Of a stretch of 64,000 nt of DNA, positions 25,185-37,991 are shown in pieces. The stretch comes from Camelus dromedarius (taxonomy: Eukaryota). The stretch is from contig NC_087437.1 of NCBI RefSeq assembly GCF_036321535.1, positions 103,542,001-103,606,000 on the forward strand, in the 5' to 3' direction. A program made the position numbers and the translations under genes. Positions within the stretch are counted from its first letter, which is position 1; every line of letters begins with the position of its first letter. Below the pieces are notes generated by a model. That model was not told the origin of the DNA. It saw only the letters and a list, made by a program, of their open reading frames with translations, and ran no database searches.

Positions 25185-28000
25185 GACATAATGGGAACAA
25201 CCATAAGAAGTCTTTGAGGATATCACTGATCTATGAATTTCTCTCAGAGACAGCGATGCTTTGGATTTACTCCTCTGGCTGGAGAGTGAAGTGTCAGCCA
25301 CATCACTTGGCCCTTTTTGCCATAACTGCCAGCCATCAGGGAGCCTTATGAGGGTTTAGCCAATCTTGAGTAAACTGACACTAATTATGAATTCAAGAAT
25401 CAGGAAAATGGTTACAGAGTAGGACCACAGGCACAACAGAACACACCATGAGTTGTCCTAGGGCCAGAAATCTATCTATCTTTTGGCCTCCTTAAAACCA
25501 AAATCTAACTGGGGGATGGGGAAGAGTGATGACACTTTGGAGATTTTAGTATCTGTGTCACCTAAAACTCTATTTTTAGTTTCTTTCAAGAAGTCTAGGC
25601 ATCTGTCTTTCCCTACTTTATGATAATTTGGTAAACAGCTACTGTTTTCTTTCAGAAAGAATTAGAGGAATATTTATTGCATAAGAGTTTCCCGGGATAA
25701 TAATCCTGTTTAAATGGTTGATACTGGTTTGCAGAATAGGTTTGAATTTGGAAACTGCATGAGGGATCATGATTTTCCATTGTGGTTGTGAGAACAGATC
25801 TTGAGTTTCTTCTGCTTGTAGACATCAAATAACACTCTGACGTACCGACATCCGTCTTTCCCATTGGAATGCTACCAGGGAGTAGTGAGCACGAGAGCTC
25901 ACCATGGAGGCAGCAAGGCACCTTGGTCGTTACCCCGGAATTGTTTCCATTACCACTAGGATATTATTTGAACTCTTCTCTTACAGGTAAATGCAGTCAC
26001 CTGGGTTGTACCATTCTGGAACCCTATCATCCCCATCGAAATGAAGAAGCACACTTCCATGCAGCTTTCTCTACTGTCAGCTCTGCTACAGAGCACAGCT
26101 ATTGCTGATCTTCATGATTTCAGTGTCCTCTGTACAGTGCAGTCTTTATTGTTTTTGTGTAAAGCAATGCCCCCTGGGACATACTGGAGAACATAGTCAA
26201 ATAATGAGCTCTCCAGTCTATGTAAGAAAATCTATTATTCCAAGAGTCTTACTTGCATTTTCTTGTGCCCTACCACAGCATTCTGGCAAGGCTGCAATGG
26301 ATAGAACCTCACCTGGTTTAGGCTCTTGTTGTTTCAAAGCTTCAAGCAGCCATCCTAACAGTTCTATCAGGACCAGGTCCAGCTGTCCTTGACAACAAGT
26401 CACAACTTGACTAATGGGAAAGTGATCAAACATCCATCAGTTCGATTTTATTCAGCCATACTTTTCCTTTCCTCCCGGTCCAACAACCTGAAGATCTACT
26501 CTCACAAATATTTTTCTCGGTACATAATGCCAAGTCCTGCAATATTTTTCTATAAATAAGCTGCCTAATTCCACAGCAGGAAGTATGCTTTTCAGCTTGA
26601 GACTTGCTGAGATCTACACCTGGTTATTCATCAGGAGACAATGGTGAGTGGAAGCCTGGATCAAGATTAAGACAAGTATCCTCTTTAAAACAAATGCATC
26701 AGGTGAGGTTTCTCTCAGGTGTGCAGGCAGGGGAGGCCACTGCCTTCCAGCAATGAGGTGTGTGCCACTTGTATCAGCCCTGAGTGTTTAAGGGAATTTC
26801 TGGGTTCAAGTGTCTACCTATGGCCATACAAGTGTCTCAGTTACTGTCTACGGGACACTGGTTTTATCACAGGAGAGCTATTGAATCTCTATGTTGTTTT
26901 CTTTACTACTCTTTCACTTCTATGGTTAAATCTGTTGCCTGATTTGTAGCAGTTTAGACAGTGGCTACAAAAGTTAAGGGCCTCAATAAATGATGCCACA
27001 TAGGCCTTCTGGCTTCCGTTGTATGTCTTGAGTGCTATTTGGCTCCCAAAAGGCTTTTTGATTTAAGGCCTTCAAGGACCACAGAAACCAATCAACTTCT
27101 AAATCTTCATCTGTTTCATTCTGTTTAAAGGCTAAAATGAATCAATGGATGATTAGATGAAGAAGCTGTGGTTTATATATACAATGGAATACTACTCGGC
27201 CATAAAAAGAATGAAATAATGCCATTTGCAGCAACACAGATGTACCTAGAGATTATCATGCTAGGTGAAGTAAGTCAGACAGAGGACAAATACCATATGG
27301 TATCAGTTACATGTGGAATCTAAAAAAATGACAAAAATGAATGTATTTACAAAACAGAAAGAGACTCACAGACGTAGAAACCAAATTTATGGTTACCAAA
27401 GGGGAAAAGGGAGCAAGGAGGGCTAAATTAGCAGCTTGGGATTAGCAGATACAAACTACTGTATACAGAATAGATGCACAGCAAGGTCCTACTGTATAGC
27501 ACCTATTGAACTATATTCAACATTGTGTAATAACCTGTAATGAAAAAGTATATGTGAAAGAATATATAAAATGTAAAACTGAATCACTATGCTGTACACT
27601 AGAAACTAACACAACACTGTAAATCAACTATACTTCAATTTTAAAAAATTAAAAAATAAGGACTAAAATGAGAGTATAACTCAATCATTTCCCTTTTACC
27701 TGTGTTCCATTCTAATCCCTCAAAAGTGATCACCTCAGGACCATGATGCTAGGTTAACACCCGCTACTTCCCAATAGTAATGGGATTCTGTTGTCAACTG
27801 ATAGGTGAGTGTCCCAAACTGAGGGTCTGCTTTCAAGGGCCACCTCTGCTACAGTTCACTTAGTTTAGGAACTCTTTGAAAACAGAAAGTGCCAATTCTC
27901 TTCAGAGAATTTTGTCCCAACAAGTAACTGCTTGAAGTAGAAAGCGTTACTGCTTCCTGGTGGAAGGTGTATGACAGCATTTATTAGCTCAGTATTCAGT
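25185..28000 (-). mobile_element. Decayed ERVL-class internal region (protease/RT start, gag presumably further right)
   Basis: The minus strand at 25360-25205 translates in pieces to NPH.., VMAKRAK*, VNPKHRC, ISDILKDF. These are colinear with recalled ERVL pol NPHIGSL..IMVGKAKW..VNQKQYRI..ISATIKDL. Stops and frameshifts are present; the right boundary is uncertain. Confidence 0.65.
27141..27657 (+). mobile_element. 5'-truncated L1 (ORF2 C-terminus plus cetartiodactyl-type 3'UTR)
   Basis: acaatggaatactactcggccataaaaagaatgaaataatgccatttgcagcaaca...aaatcaactatacttcaa plus A tail. TSD aaaggctaaaatga (27127) / aaggactaaaatga (27658). Confidence 0.95.
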
Positions 28001-28979
28001 TGTCTTTTAAACCCACCTCTTTTTCTTTTCTACCTGTTATCTCCACTACTGTCAGCCTGTTAACTGTCCTTATCTGGGTCATAATATAATTCTCTTATTT
28101 GTATTATTTTTCCTTTTATGCATTTTCTAAACTTTATATATATTATATATATATATATTTTAGGATAAATGTCATATTCTGGAGCAGCAGGTTTATCAAG
28201 GGATTTCTCAAAAATATAAAGTCACATTACAGATCATTTTTTCAGGTAATAATAATATAATTATAGTAAATAACTAAGTTCATACTTATTCTTTATCCAT
28301 TCAGATTTATCAATGTCATAAATATAAGGTAAATATAAATAAATTTCAGATTTTGATGGATGAAGGCATATCTCTTTTTAATATATGTTTGCTTACTTTT
28401 TAATAAAATGAAGAAGTCCAAAATAGTTTTTCTATTTTTTATAATTTCAACATAAAATAGTTGTACTCCATTATCCAGGGATGTCTTGAATAAATAAAAA
28501 TAGATTCCTATTGAATAAAATCAATTTTACTTTACTATAAGGAAAAGATGTACCATATCAAGAAATCCTCATATAGCCATAGCAAATACTATGAGTATTT
28601 GTATGAAAATATTAAATGAGATGATGTATATTTTGCCAAATTTCTCCAATCATATACTTATGAATATTACATGACCATGAGTCATCTGTTAACCTTGCTG
28701 CTGTGTTGGATTCTGTAATTTATACATATTCTAATTTATTAGAAAACTTATTTTTCATGACAAATATACACATATTATATTTAAATACATACTCATGGAG
28801 CACTGTAAGCCTAAAATGAAATTTTATACATTTTTTCAAAAATTGTTTCTGATATCTAATGCATCTAGATATAAATTGAAAAAATTAATCAAAAAAGTGA
28901 ATCTAACTAGGGCTGGGATATTAAATAAACCTGTAAAAATCCAGACTCCTTAGGAAAATTTAGCCAGTATTGTAAAAAT

Positions 28980-30320
28980 CCTCTTTGCTCAACCTGAATA
29001 CTTTAGTTCATATTTAATCCAGTGCATACTCGTTGAAGGTGAGAAAGGGGGTGTACTATTCTGTTGGAATAACATCTAATTCAATCTGGTTCTAAGGATG
29101 TACGTTCACACAAATATGCTCTCTGCAGTGTCACTTCATCAGAAGAAATCATTTAGCTTTGCTTTGGTCTATTTGGCACTTTTTAGCGGGTACTTTCTCA
29201 CATAGAATCTGGTCTACTTGTTAGAAGATTAGCGAGGGAGGGTACGATGTCTCAAAGGTCATCAGATATCATTAGAGGCTCCAACAAGTCATAATTAACT
29301 TTGTGTTTAAGGAAGAGAACAACAGGGTCACCAGTAACACATTCTGGGCAGGCAGCCAGGACACCACCGTGGGAGTCGTGCTGTCTAAACATAAATTGAG
29401 GAGGCTAGACCTGCACTGTGTACCGGTCAGGAGCAAGGCAACTATTAACATGGCGAGGGAAAAGAAAATTTTAATAAGGTGAGCAGATGTCTTGGAAAGC
29501 CTGGAACATTAGCCTTCAGTTTAATAGCTACAGCATATATATTCTCAAACAGACATGACCCTCTCCTAGAATCAGCACCTACCATAAGCCAATAACTAGT
29601 CTGAATCCGAAGGTGAATAGGGAGTCAGTGTCCCTTGGGGCCAACATGAAATTGGCAGACTACTGAGAGTTAGAGCCAACAAAAGTAAGATGAAACTCTT
29701 ATTCCTTGGACCAATTTCTTTGGGATTCTGAGGGCCGCATTTTAAAAAAATCCCCTCCAAACTGGAGGATATTTTACTCCATTGAACCTTTAACAGAAAC
29801 AAGATATATTTTAATAAGAGACTCTTAAAAAATTGAACCCAAATAATGTAAGCTCGATTTTTTTCACAAGACCATTCAATCTCCCATCTACCTTAACAAG
29901 CTTTATTTGCAAGTCTTCAAAATAGGCAGAATGGAGCCAGTTGTTACTACTCGACAAGCACAGAAAAGCAGAAATTTGTCCAATTTTACTTTTTTCCTTA
30001 TTTTTGCATTCTGGGAGTAGTTTTTCCTTTCTCTGGATTTCTCTTGCACCCCGTTCCTCTAATCTCTGCACTTGGCTGTTTGTCTGCGGCTCCACGCCCT
30101 CCTGATCTTTCACTGAAGAACTTGATGTTGTGTATTATCACGGAGAATAAGCTCCCATTAATGCACAGATTCCCGTCCTTTATTTTAGCCAAATGGCCAT
30201 ACCAGAGAGCAGCACTGAAAGACAGAGACTTATTTTGAGAATAATTGTTGGGAGGATTTTGCATTATCAGTGAAAACACACCTTGGATTCAGGGCAAGCA
30301 TCAATGATCCAAGGACTTTT
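28980..30320. promoter_or_regulatory. Candidate promoter/regulatory island
   Basis: No TE recognised. About 18 CpGs, versus none seen in 28081-28980. CCAAT (aagccaataa, ~29586), ZNF143-core-like tgcattctgggag (30005) and SP/KLF ccacgccc (30092). Kozak ATG plus splice donor at 29450-29484. Confidence 0.4.
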
Positions 30321-30414
30321 TATATACAGTTTTTCATGGAGAAAAGACCTTTTCTTAACCCACAGCATCTCTTTCTCCCTGTCTTTCTCTCTTTCTCCCT
30401 CTCTCCTTTAACCT

Positions 30415-30630
30415 TTTACTTTTTTTTTCAATAGAAAATCTCAGACATATACAAAAATAAAGAAAATCTACGTGAATCCTTACGTACTTCTTATCCAGCT
30501 TCAGCAATCTTCAGTGCAAGGTCATTACAGGGTCACCACCCCCCTCCCCCCACCTACCACTCTTCTCTGCTGTATTTTTCTTTAAATCCCAGATATCAAA
30601 TCACGTCTTCCATAAATATCTTGATAGAAT
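30415..30630 (-). mobile_element. Old L1 (L1MC/ME) 3' end
   Basis: T-run followed by gaaaatctcagacatatacaaaaataaagaaaat...atccagcttcagcaat...aaatcccagatatca. Confidence 0.65.
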
Positions 30631-31884
30631 AGTTTTTATTAATATTAAGACAACATGTTGTTTAACCACAGATTACCTAAGTATTTCCTACTATTTTGTA
30701 AAATAATTAATTTGAATTACCTGGAAATATACACACAGATTTCTTCCTCAGTGAATAACATATAGGTCATATAAAATAGCCAAATACATGCACAGGTTAA
30801 ATGACAGACTTGCCTGAAAAAGGACCATCATTACTTCGTAAAGTTGGAAGAGATCTGTTTATCTGCCTGAACTTCTGCTTCCTCTCTGATGCTCACAGCG
30901 GGAAATATCATGTAGTTCATATTAACATTTGGGGCATCATTCAATGAAGAAAGAATTTAACATTATATGGTAAATTACCCCATATTTTGACTTAACACAG
31001 AATCTGTAATTCAAATGACAGAAAAATAAACAGCATTCACAGCCAAGTTTACATAAAGTGAATGCAGAAAACTCAAACATACTCTATTAAATAGTCAATG
31101 TTTTGGGAAGGGTTTGTTCCCCCCTCTGGAGAACTATAATACCATTGTGTTTATCCTACTTGTGACAAACTGTTCCCATGAATTTTCATTAGGGGAACTC
31201 AAATTTGTTTTTACTCTCTGGAACATGAGTTTGAAATCAGAAATAAAAAATATAACAAGGATCCTTATATGCAAATAGAAAACAATTATGAAGAAACAAA
31301 ATAAACGATATGTCTTGGAAAAATGCTAAAACAGAATGAAGGCAAAACCTATCACAGTTACAGTAGTTTGACACAAGCATGCCCTAAATTCTCCTGTCTC
31401 ATCATATAAAAATTGGAGATTATCAGAAAATGATAAGGACCTCTGTTTTCCTTGTGAAAGGAGCCAGTGCCGTGGGGAACAATACGTCATACTAATGATA
31501 CAAAGACAAAGTAATTACAAGATCAGACTTTACATTGATTGTTCTAACATTAAATGTGTTGAATTAATATTTTGTAAGATATTTGGTTACAAACATATTA
31601 AAATCCTTTAAAAGAAAGTGCCTGCTCTCCCGGTTCTGAAAGTTTGCTAATCTTCCCTGAAGTTTCTGGACCTGAGGGCCTGGAGGCTGTAGAAGGAACT
31701 TGTGTCAAGACAGAGAACCCTGATGACACACAGGGACTTAACACTGCTGCTACCACATTGGCGGATGATGTCAAGTAACGGTGAACCCCTAATTTTTTAA
31801 AATCTTCTCTTATTCTTAGAGAGATTAAAGACTACTTTTCAGTAGTGATAGTGACTTTGCTTTTTATCTGGGGACTCTTTCTAA

Positions 31885-32139
31885 TCTTTTTAATATATTT
31901 TTATTGCAGTATAATCAGTGTACAGTGTTGTGTCAATTTCTGGTGTACAGCACAATGCTTCAGTCATATAGGAACAGATATATATTCGTTTTCATATGCT
32001 TTTTCACCGTAAGTTACTACAAGATATTGACGATGGTTCCTTGTGCTATACGGTATGAACGTGCCTGTCTATTATATATATATTAGTTAGTATCTGCAAA
32101 TCTTGAACTCCCAATTTAGTGGGAAGGGATAAATTGGGA
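31885..32139 (-). mobile_element. 5'-truncated L1 3'UTR with a 22-nt 5' inversion
   Basis: Antisense L1 3'UTR (tttttattgcagtata...tttctggtgtacagca...atctgcaaatcttgaactcccaattt), then opposite-orientation agtgggaagggataaattggga. Degenerate TSD actct(t/c)tct at 31874 and 32140. Confidence 0.85.
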
Positions 32140-32898
32140 ACTCTCTCTTAAACAAAATGACTTGGCTTTCAACAGACACTCTTTTTCCTTTTTGCTTTGT
32201 TTTATTTTATTGTTCTCAAATGTGTGGGGCACACCCTGCAAAAGGTGAATGGTAAAAGAAGTCAGAGGCAGCATTGCAGATTACAGGGAACTGAGTAATT
32301 CTGGTATTTAATTGCCAGAGTACTATCCTAAATGATATCCCACATCTCCAAAAATAAAATTAGAGAACAGAGAATAAAACAACAATGACAGCAACAAGAA
32401 ATCTATAAAGGAAATTAACACTACGGAATAATAGGAGAAATTTGGATATGGAGATTATATTATTTAAGAGTTCTGTAATATCTTTAACACTTTGTGTGTG
32501 AGAATGTTATTGTAATTATGTAGGAGACTTTATTTCCCCTTTTAGAAGAAACAGGTTAAGATCTTTAGGTTAAAATGGAATGGTGTCCACAATATGTACT
32601 TAACTGGTTCAGCAAAATAAAACAAAACAGACGTATATATGAAAGAGTGGGAGAAAGCAGAAAAATGTGGCCAATATTCTTGCAACTTTTCTGTAAATTT
32701 GGAATTCTTAAAACAAAATTTAGGAAAAAAATAAAGCAAAATAACCCTGGCAACTTGATTGATTGATTGATTGCTTATAATTAATACAAATAAATAAAAA
32801 TAAATAATTATTGCCAAAAATGCTTTTCCATCTGATACCATATGCCAATAAGCGAGAGAAACATATTGCTACATGAAAACAAAAATACACAGACATGA

Positions 32899-32927
<29 letters not shown>
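32899..32927. repeat. (CA)n microsatellite
   Basis: Directly visible. Confidence 0.95.
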
Positions 32928-32929
<2 letters not shown>

Positions 32930-34253
32930 ATAAAACTCATACAAATGAAGTTGAGCAAGAAGAGCCACACACGAAATAGTACAGACCATGCTATCCCAAT
33001 TACCTACATTTCTAAATTAGACACAACTATTTTCTAAAGAGTAGTCAGTTGAGTGGTAACTTTAGGATGTAAAGATTGATAAAAAAATAAATTAAATATT
33101 TATCTGTTTATGGAACTGAAGAATATTACTTTGGCAACAACATTAACTTTGTTTCAAGTAAGAGTCAGTAATAGGGATTTTAATTAAAGAACTATGGTGG
33201 GGAATATGCAGAATTAAGTGGAATGAGAAAGATATAAACTGATCTTATGCAGTGACCTCAATATTTATGAGCATAAAGAAGAAATATCATGTAACTTTCA
33301 TATAGGATTTTGGGAAGACAAGGTCAAATATGGAGAAGATGCCAAAAAGAACAAAGTATTTAAGGAGAGAAAATTTCTAAAGCTACACTTTGCATCAGAC
33401 TTATGCATCTTCTCTCCAGTATTATTTCCAGTTTGTCTCTCCCCTCAAGTATTTAAATGTCATAAAATATTTTCAAGGGAGTGTCTATTTTTCACACTTC
33501 ATTGCCCGTTTAAGGGATAGTTAAGGGATTATGTAAGGGAAGAGAAATGAATGTTTATGAATGATTTAACATGATTTATAAATGTGCAATGCCAAGAAAC
33601 TGTGCCATTCTGCTAGGCTATTATGAAAACTTATTTTATAAAAGTTGAAAAAACTGGAAACGCTCAAAAATATGCAGAGAAAATTAATTAACTAAAGGGT
33701 AAGTGCCAAGACTGAATTGCCCTACCTACTCTATGTACATCTATAATGGAGGAATTTTGAGGCATTAATTGATGTATAAAAGAATACTCCTCTTTAATAT
33801 TGTGTGGTGCTTTTCTTTGATTAAACACTTCCCCACACATTTGATGAAGAACATAGGGAATCTCTATTACTTAGGTGTCTTTCATTTGTCCTGTACCAAT
33901 TTCTGCGAGGAAGATTTGCTTTGCATGGTTTGGTTCACTTCCACAGTGGGAGCCATAAATCTATCAAAACACATAAAAGAGACTGATGGCCTCCTAATTA
34001 AAGCTGGAATTTATGGTAGAGACAGTGTTCTTAGGAAAATTCTGCAAGAAGCAATAGAGTAAGAAATCCTTATTTTTATCACTTAAGAGGTTGTTAAGTT
34101 TATTTTGAAAGCATAAAATGAGGATATAAGGAATTTGCATGTAGTTACTATATCAACTCTATTACGAGCTGGTAGCAAATATCTGACATTTGGCACCAAA
34201 ATGTGGGTCATTAAACAACTATAAGGACTGTTGTCTATACAAATGTTGGTGCA

Positions 34254-34396
34254 GGGGGAGGGTATAGCTCTGTGGAAGACTGAACGTCTGGCATGCACGA
34301 GGTCCTAGGTTCAATCCCCAGTACCTCCATTAAGTAAACAAACAAATAAACCAACCTAATCCCCCCCCCCAAAAACAAACACACAAACAAACAAAG
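34254..34396 (+). mobile_element. tRNA-derived SINE (camelid Vic-1-like)
   Basis: gggggagggtatagctc...gcatgcacgaggtcctaggttcaatccccagtacctccattaa...aacctaatcccc plus (AAAC)n tail. Perfect 12-bp TSD aatgttggtgca at 34242 and 34397. Confidence 0.92.
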
Positions 34397-35469
34397 AATG
34401 TTGGTGCAAAGATGATCCAAATGATAAACAGAGGAGAGGTTCCACTGAGAGGACACTGATGTCAATTTGGATGCATTTGAAATATCCTGGTGCCTCAAGA
34501 GACTATCAGAGCTCCTGATCACTGAGGTTCTTTCAAAATATAAAATGTTTGCTTTTTAAAACAGAGACAAGGCAGGATATTCACAGCGGTATTTTTACCT
34601 CTTGCCTTGCTGTTATTTTTATTACCAGATGCATTCTCACGTAGACTCAATTTCACTCTTTCCTGAAGACTAATCTAAGAATCAACAAAATAATTTAAAA
34701 TGGAAAATAAGAAAACTGAGTCTTGTATATCTCACAGTTGGCTGTAGAATCCTACACCCAGATTAAATATCGGTTCACAGATATGTGGCTAGGTGAAGCT
34801 TGAAGTTTGTGAGGTGTCACAGAATGAAAACCTTAGAAATAAATGGACATTTATGATTTCAACTCTAAAACAGAGGTAAAAATGTTCACAGGTATAGATA
34901 TTTTTCAAAATGTCTGATTTGTACTCTTTCATTAATTTATTTGTAACCTCTGCCATCAAACACCCCCTATATTCTCCCATCAAATTGTTTTAAATGTTAA
35001 CAGAGAGAGAAAAAAAATTAGGTTCAAATTAGCATCAGAGGAAATGATTAAACTGTTATTCCTTTATTTAAAATACTATTTTCTAACACTTAACTACTTA
35101 AAATACTTAACTACTTGTTACTAAACTATTATTCAATTTGAAAAAATATTGAAACATTTATACACATTTTAGTATTCTATATTTGTAGATTTGTTTACTT
35201 TGAAGAAATTTGTGTGAAATGCATTTTAAATAATATATTTTAATGTTTCTGAAACAAATTTTGTAAAAGTTTCTCATTATAGCAATGACTTTAAAGTAGA
35301 TACCAAGTTATTTGGCAAGAGAATATAGCAACATGATTAAACGAAAATAATTGTGTTTCTATTTGAATTCCAGACAATCGGGTCATCAAATTGTATTCCT
35401 TAAATATATAAATATATATAATTGTCAATAAAGTTGAGGGGTGAAAAAGAATACAATGTTTCTCTCTCT

Positions 35470-35612
35470 CTCTCAATCTGTCCTCCATTATAAGAGGACA
35501 TGAGAAGGCCGCCACCTGCAAACCAGAAGAGTGTCTTTACCAGACACCTGATCTACGAGTGCCTTGATCTTGGACTTCCCATCCTCCAGAGCTGTGAGAA
35601 ATAAATGCTTGT
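35470..35612 (+). mobile_element. MLT1A/MST-like LTR fragment
   Basis: gagaaggccgccacctgcaaaccagaagag...ccttgatcttggacttcccatcctccagagctgtgagaaataaatg. Confidence 0.8.
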
Positions 35613-35633
35613 CCCTTGAACAAAAGCAAATAA

Positions 35634-35806
35634 ACAGATAGGTAGGTAAATGATAGACAGGTAAATAGATAGATAGATAGATAGACAGGCAGACAGACAG
35701 ACAGACAGACAGCTAGATAGAAAGAAAGGTAGACAGGAGGAGATATAATGATGGATGGATGGATGGATAGATAGATAGATAGACAGAGATAGAAAGATAG
35801 ATAGAT
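35634..35806. repeat. Compound tetranucleotide repeat (AGAT/AGAC/GGAT)
   Basis: Directly visible alternating blocks. Confidence 0.9.
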
Positions 35807-35850
35807 GCTATGAAATTAGTTGTGGGCAAACCACTATGGAAGACTGGGAA

Positions 35851-36052
35851 GGGTGGTTGTCAGGTGCTGGGGGTGGGGGTAATGGAGAGTTATTTATTAA
35901 TAGATGTGAGTTTCAGTTTTGAAAAATGAAAATAGTTCTGGAGATGGATGGTGGTGATGGTTACCCAACAATATGAATGCACTTAATGCCATTGAACTGT
36001 ACATTTAACATAGTTAAGTTTGTAAATTTTACCACAATTAAAAAGGAAAAAA
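35851..36052 (+). mobile_element. L1MB-like 3' end
   Basis: gagtttcagttttg...atgaaaatagttctggagatggatggtggtgatggtt...acttaatgccattgaactgtacattt. Confidence 0.85.
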
Positions 36053-36220
36053 ATGAAAAAAGTCAATTCATACAAGACATATTTTGTTTGATTGTTTTTC
36101 TGGTTACCACATAAAAATAAATCAGGTTACATATTTTAATTTTTCATTAAATAACTAATATCTATGTCAGCATTGGGTAAATATAAATAATGTAAGGTTC
36201 AATTAAAAATAGCCTGAATC

Positions 36221-36268
36221 TTGACACAACATTGTAAAATGATTATAAATCAATAAAAAATGTTAAAA
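36221..36268 (+). mobile_element. 48-bp extremely truncated young L1 3' terminus
   Basis: ttgacacaacattgtaaaatgattataaatcaataaaaaatgttaaaa, flanked by a perfect 16-bp TSD aaaaatagcctgaatc (36205, 36269) at a TT/AAAA site. Confidence 0.88.
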
Positions 36269-37782
36269 AAAAATAGCCTGAATCCCAGATACCTATTTGA
36301 ATTAGTTATCTTCTCATTCATGTGTCTGATAGGTGATAGTTTATAACTACTTCTGTTAATTAAAGGACATAGTATCCTACATAAATGTTTCTACATTTTG
36401 TTGTGCTCTAAACGATAAAGGAGAAACGTCTTTTTGAAGCCGGTTGTATATTGCATATTTAAGAAAGGCCATGCAACCTAGTTTCTCCCATGAGAGAGTA
36501 CTGATTGAGAAGGATACATACTTTCAAATGCTTTGAAAGTGAAAGTGCATCGGTCAAATCCAACACATATTTTTAAAAAGAATAGAAATAGTTTATATGA
36601 AAAGAGACCAATTAAATACACTAGTGGCTAACTCACCCATTTTATCAATGTGACTCTGACCAACAGCTTGTTGTAAAGTGGAACATTACACTTATACTAG
36701 AGAAGTAAGCAAACCCTTTGAATATTTATTTACTTCTAAACCTGAACTCAAATGTTTTCATAACTTCAATGTAAGACATGACTTAGAAATATTTAGCAAC
36801 TCAGGAAGATAATTTGCTTGTCAACCTTTAAATGTTTTATGCTTGATCATACCAACATTTCTCATTATAATTCGCACTTAGTGTAACTGGTTTCCATTTG
36901 CTTTTAATGTGTTGTTAGTATTAACTGGCATTAGGTATATATGTGTATGTGTGTCTGTGGTCTGTATATATGTGTGTGTTGGGGGTATCCTTTTCCATAG
37001 AAAAGAATTTATCATAATTCTTGAGTCAAATCACTCTCATCATAAGTCTATGCATAATCTGCTTTATGTTTGACTATTTTAAAGATGTAATAAAGACTTA
37101 TAAAACCACCTCCCACACACACAAGAGCTGAGACATTGGGGTGAAAGAATATATTTTTTTTCTATTTCCTGTTTCCTTACACCACCCCAACTTTGACAGG
37201 ATCATTATCTGAAAGCTAATACTAATAATTATCTTAGGTGCTTTTAAAAAATAAAACTTATAGTATCCAAATATATATATATATAATTATAAAGGCTACT
37301 TTTCTCATTTAAATTATTTCTACTTTCTAAACAATAATCATACAGACTATGGTGAAATTCTAAAAGATTATTTTGACAGAATTTATTCATCTTAACTATA
37401 TATAACATGGCAAGACTATACCATGGTTTAAATATTCACTGTTCTATTTATGAGTAACTGAGTTGTTTTCAGGTTTCACCTATTCTAAAATTTACTCCCT
37501 TGAACATTCTTGTATGTTTCCTTTTAAACTTGGGAACAAATTCCTTTTAGATATATGCTTAAAATAGTATTGAGATAGGCAGTATGTGATTTTTCTATTT
37601 TAAAAGTCATTGCCAATCTGTTTCTACAAGCAATGTATAAAACAGTTCACTATATGATTGGTAGATAAATGGATAGACATGTAATAGAGAGCTGAAGAGA
37701 TAACAGATGAAAAGATAGACAGACAGATAATTAACAGATAGGTAAATTGCTAGCTGGCTAGCTAGCTAGCTAGATAAAAGAA

Positions 37783-37991
37783 TAGAGTGACCAGGTAATT
37801 TATTGTCCACATAGCCACACTTGTGTAAATGGAAGTGTTTCCATTATTGATTAGATTATTAGAAATAGTAATGCTTTTTATTAGTGTTCCACCCCAACTG
37901 TTATAAACCTGGGCTGTCCTAAAAAAAAAAAGCAATAAAACTCATAACAAAACAAATAAGTAACAACAACAACTGGGTCATGGCTAAGTTA
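37783..37991. mobile_element. MER94-like hAT-Blackjack MITE, decayed
   Basis: tagagtgaccaggtaatttattgtccac...ataaacctgggctgtcc resembles recalled MER94. Confidence 0.55.

Noticed and set aside
30281..30314. Hairpin ccttggat...atccaagg as a miRNA or structured RNA
   Set aside because: Only an 8-bp perfect stem; too short for a pre-miRNA and expected by chance.
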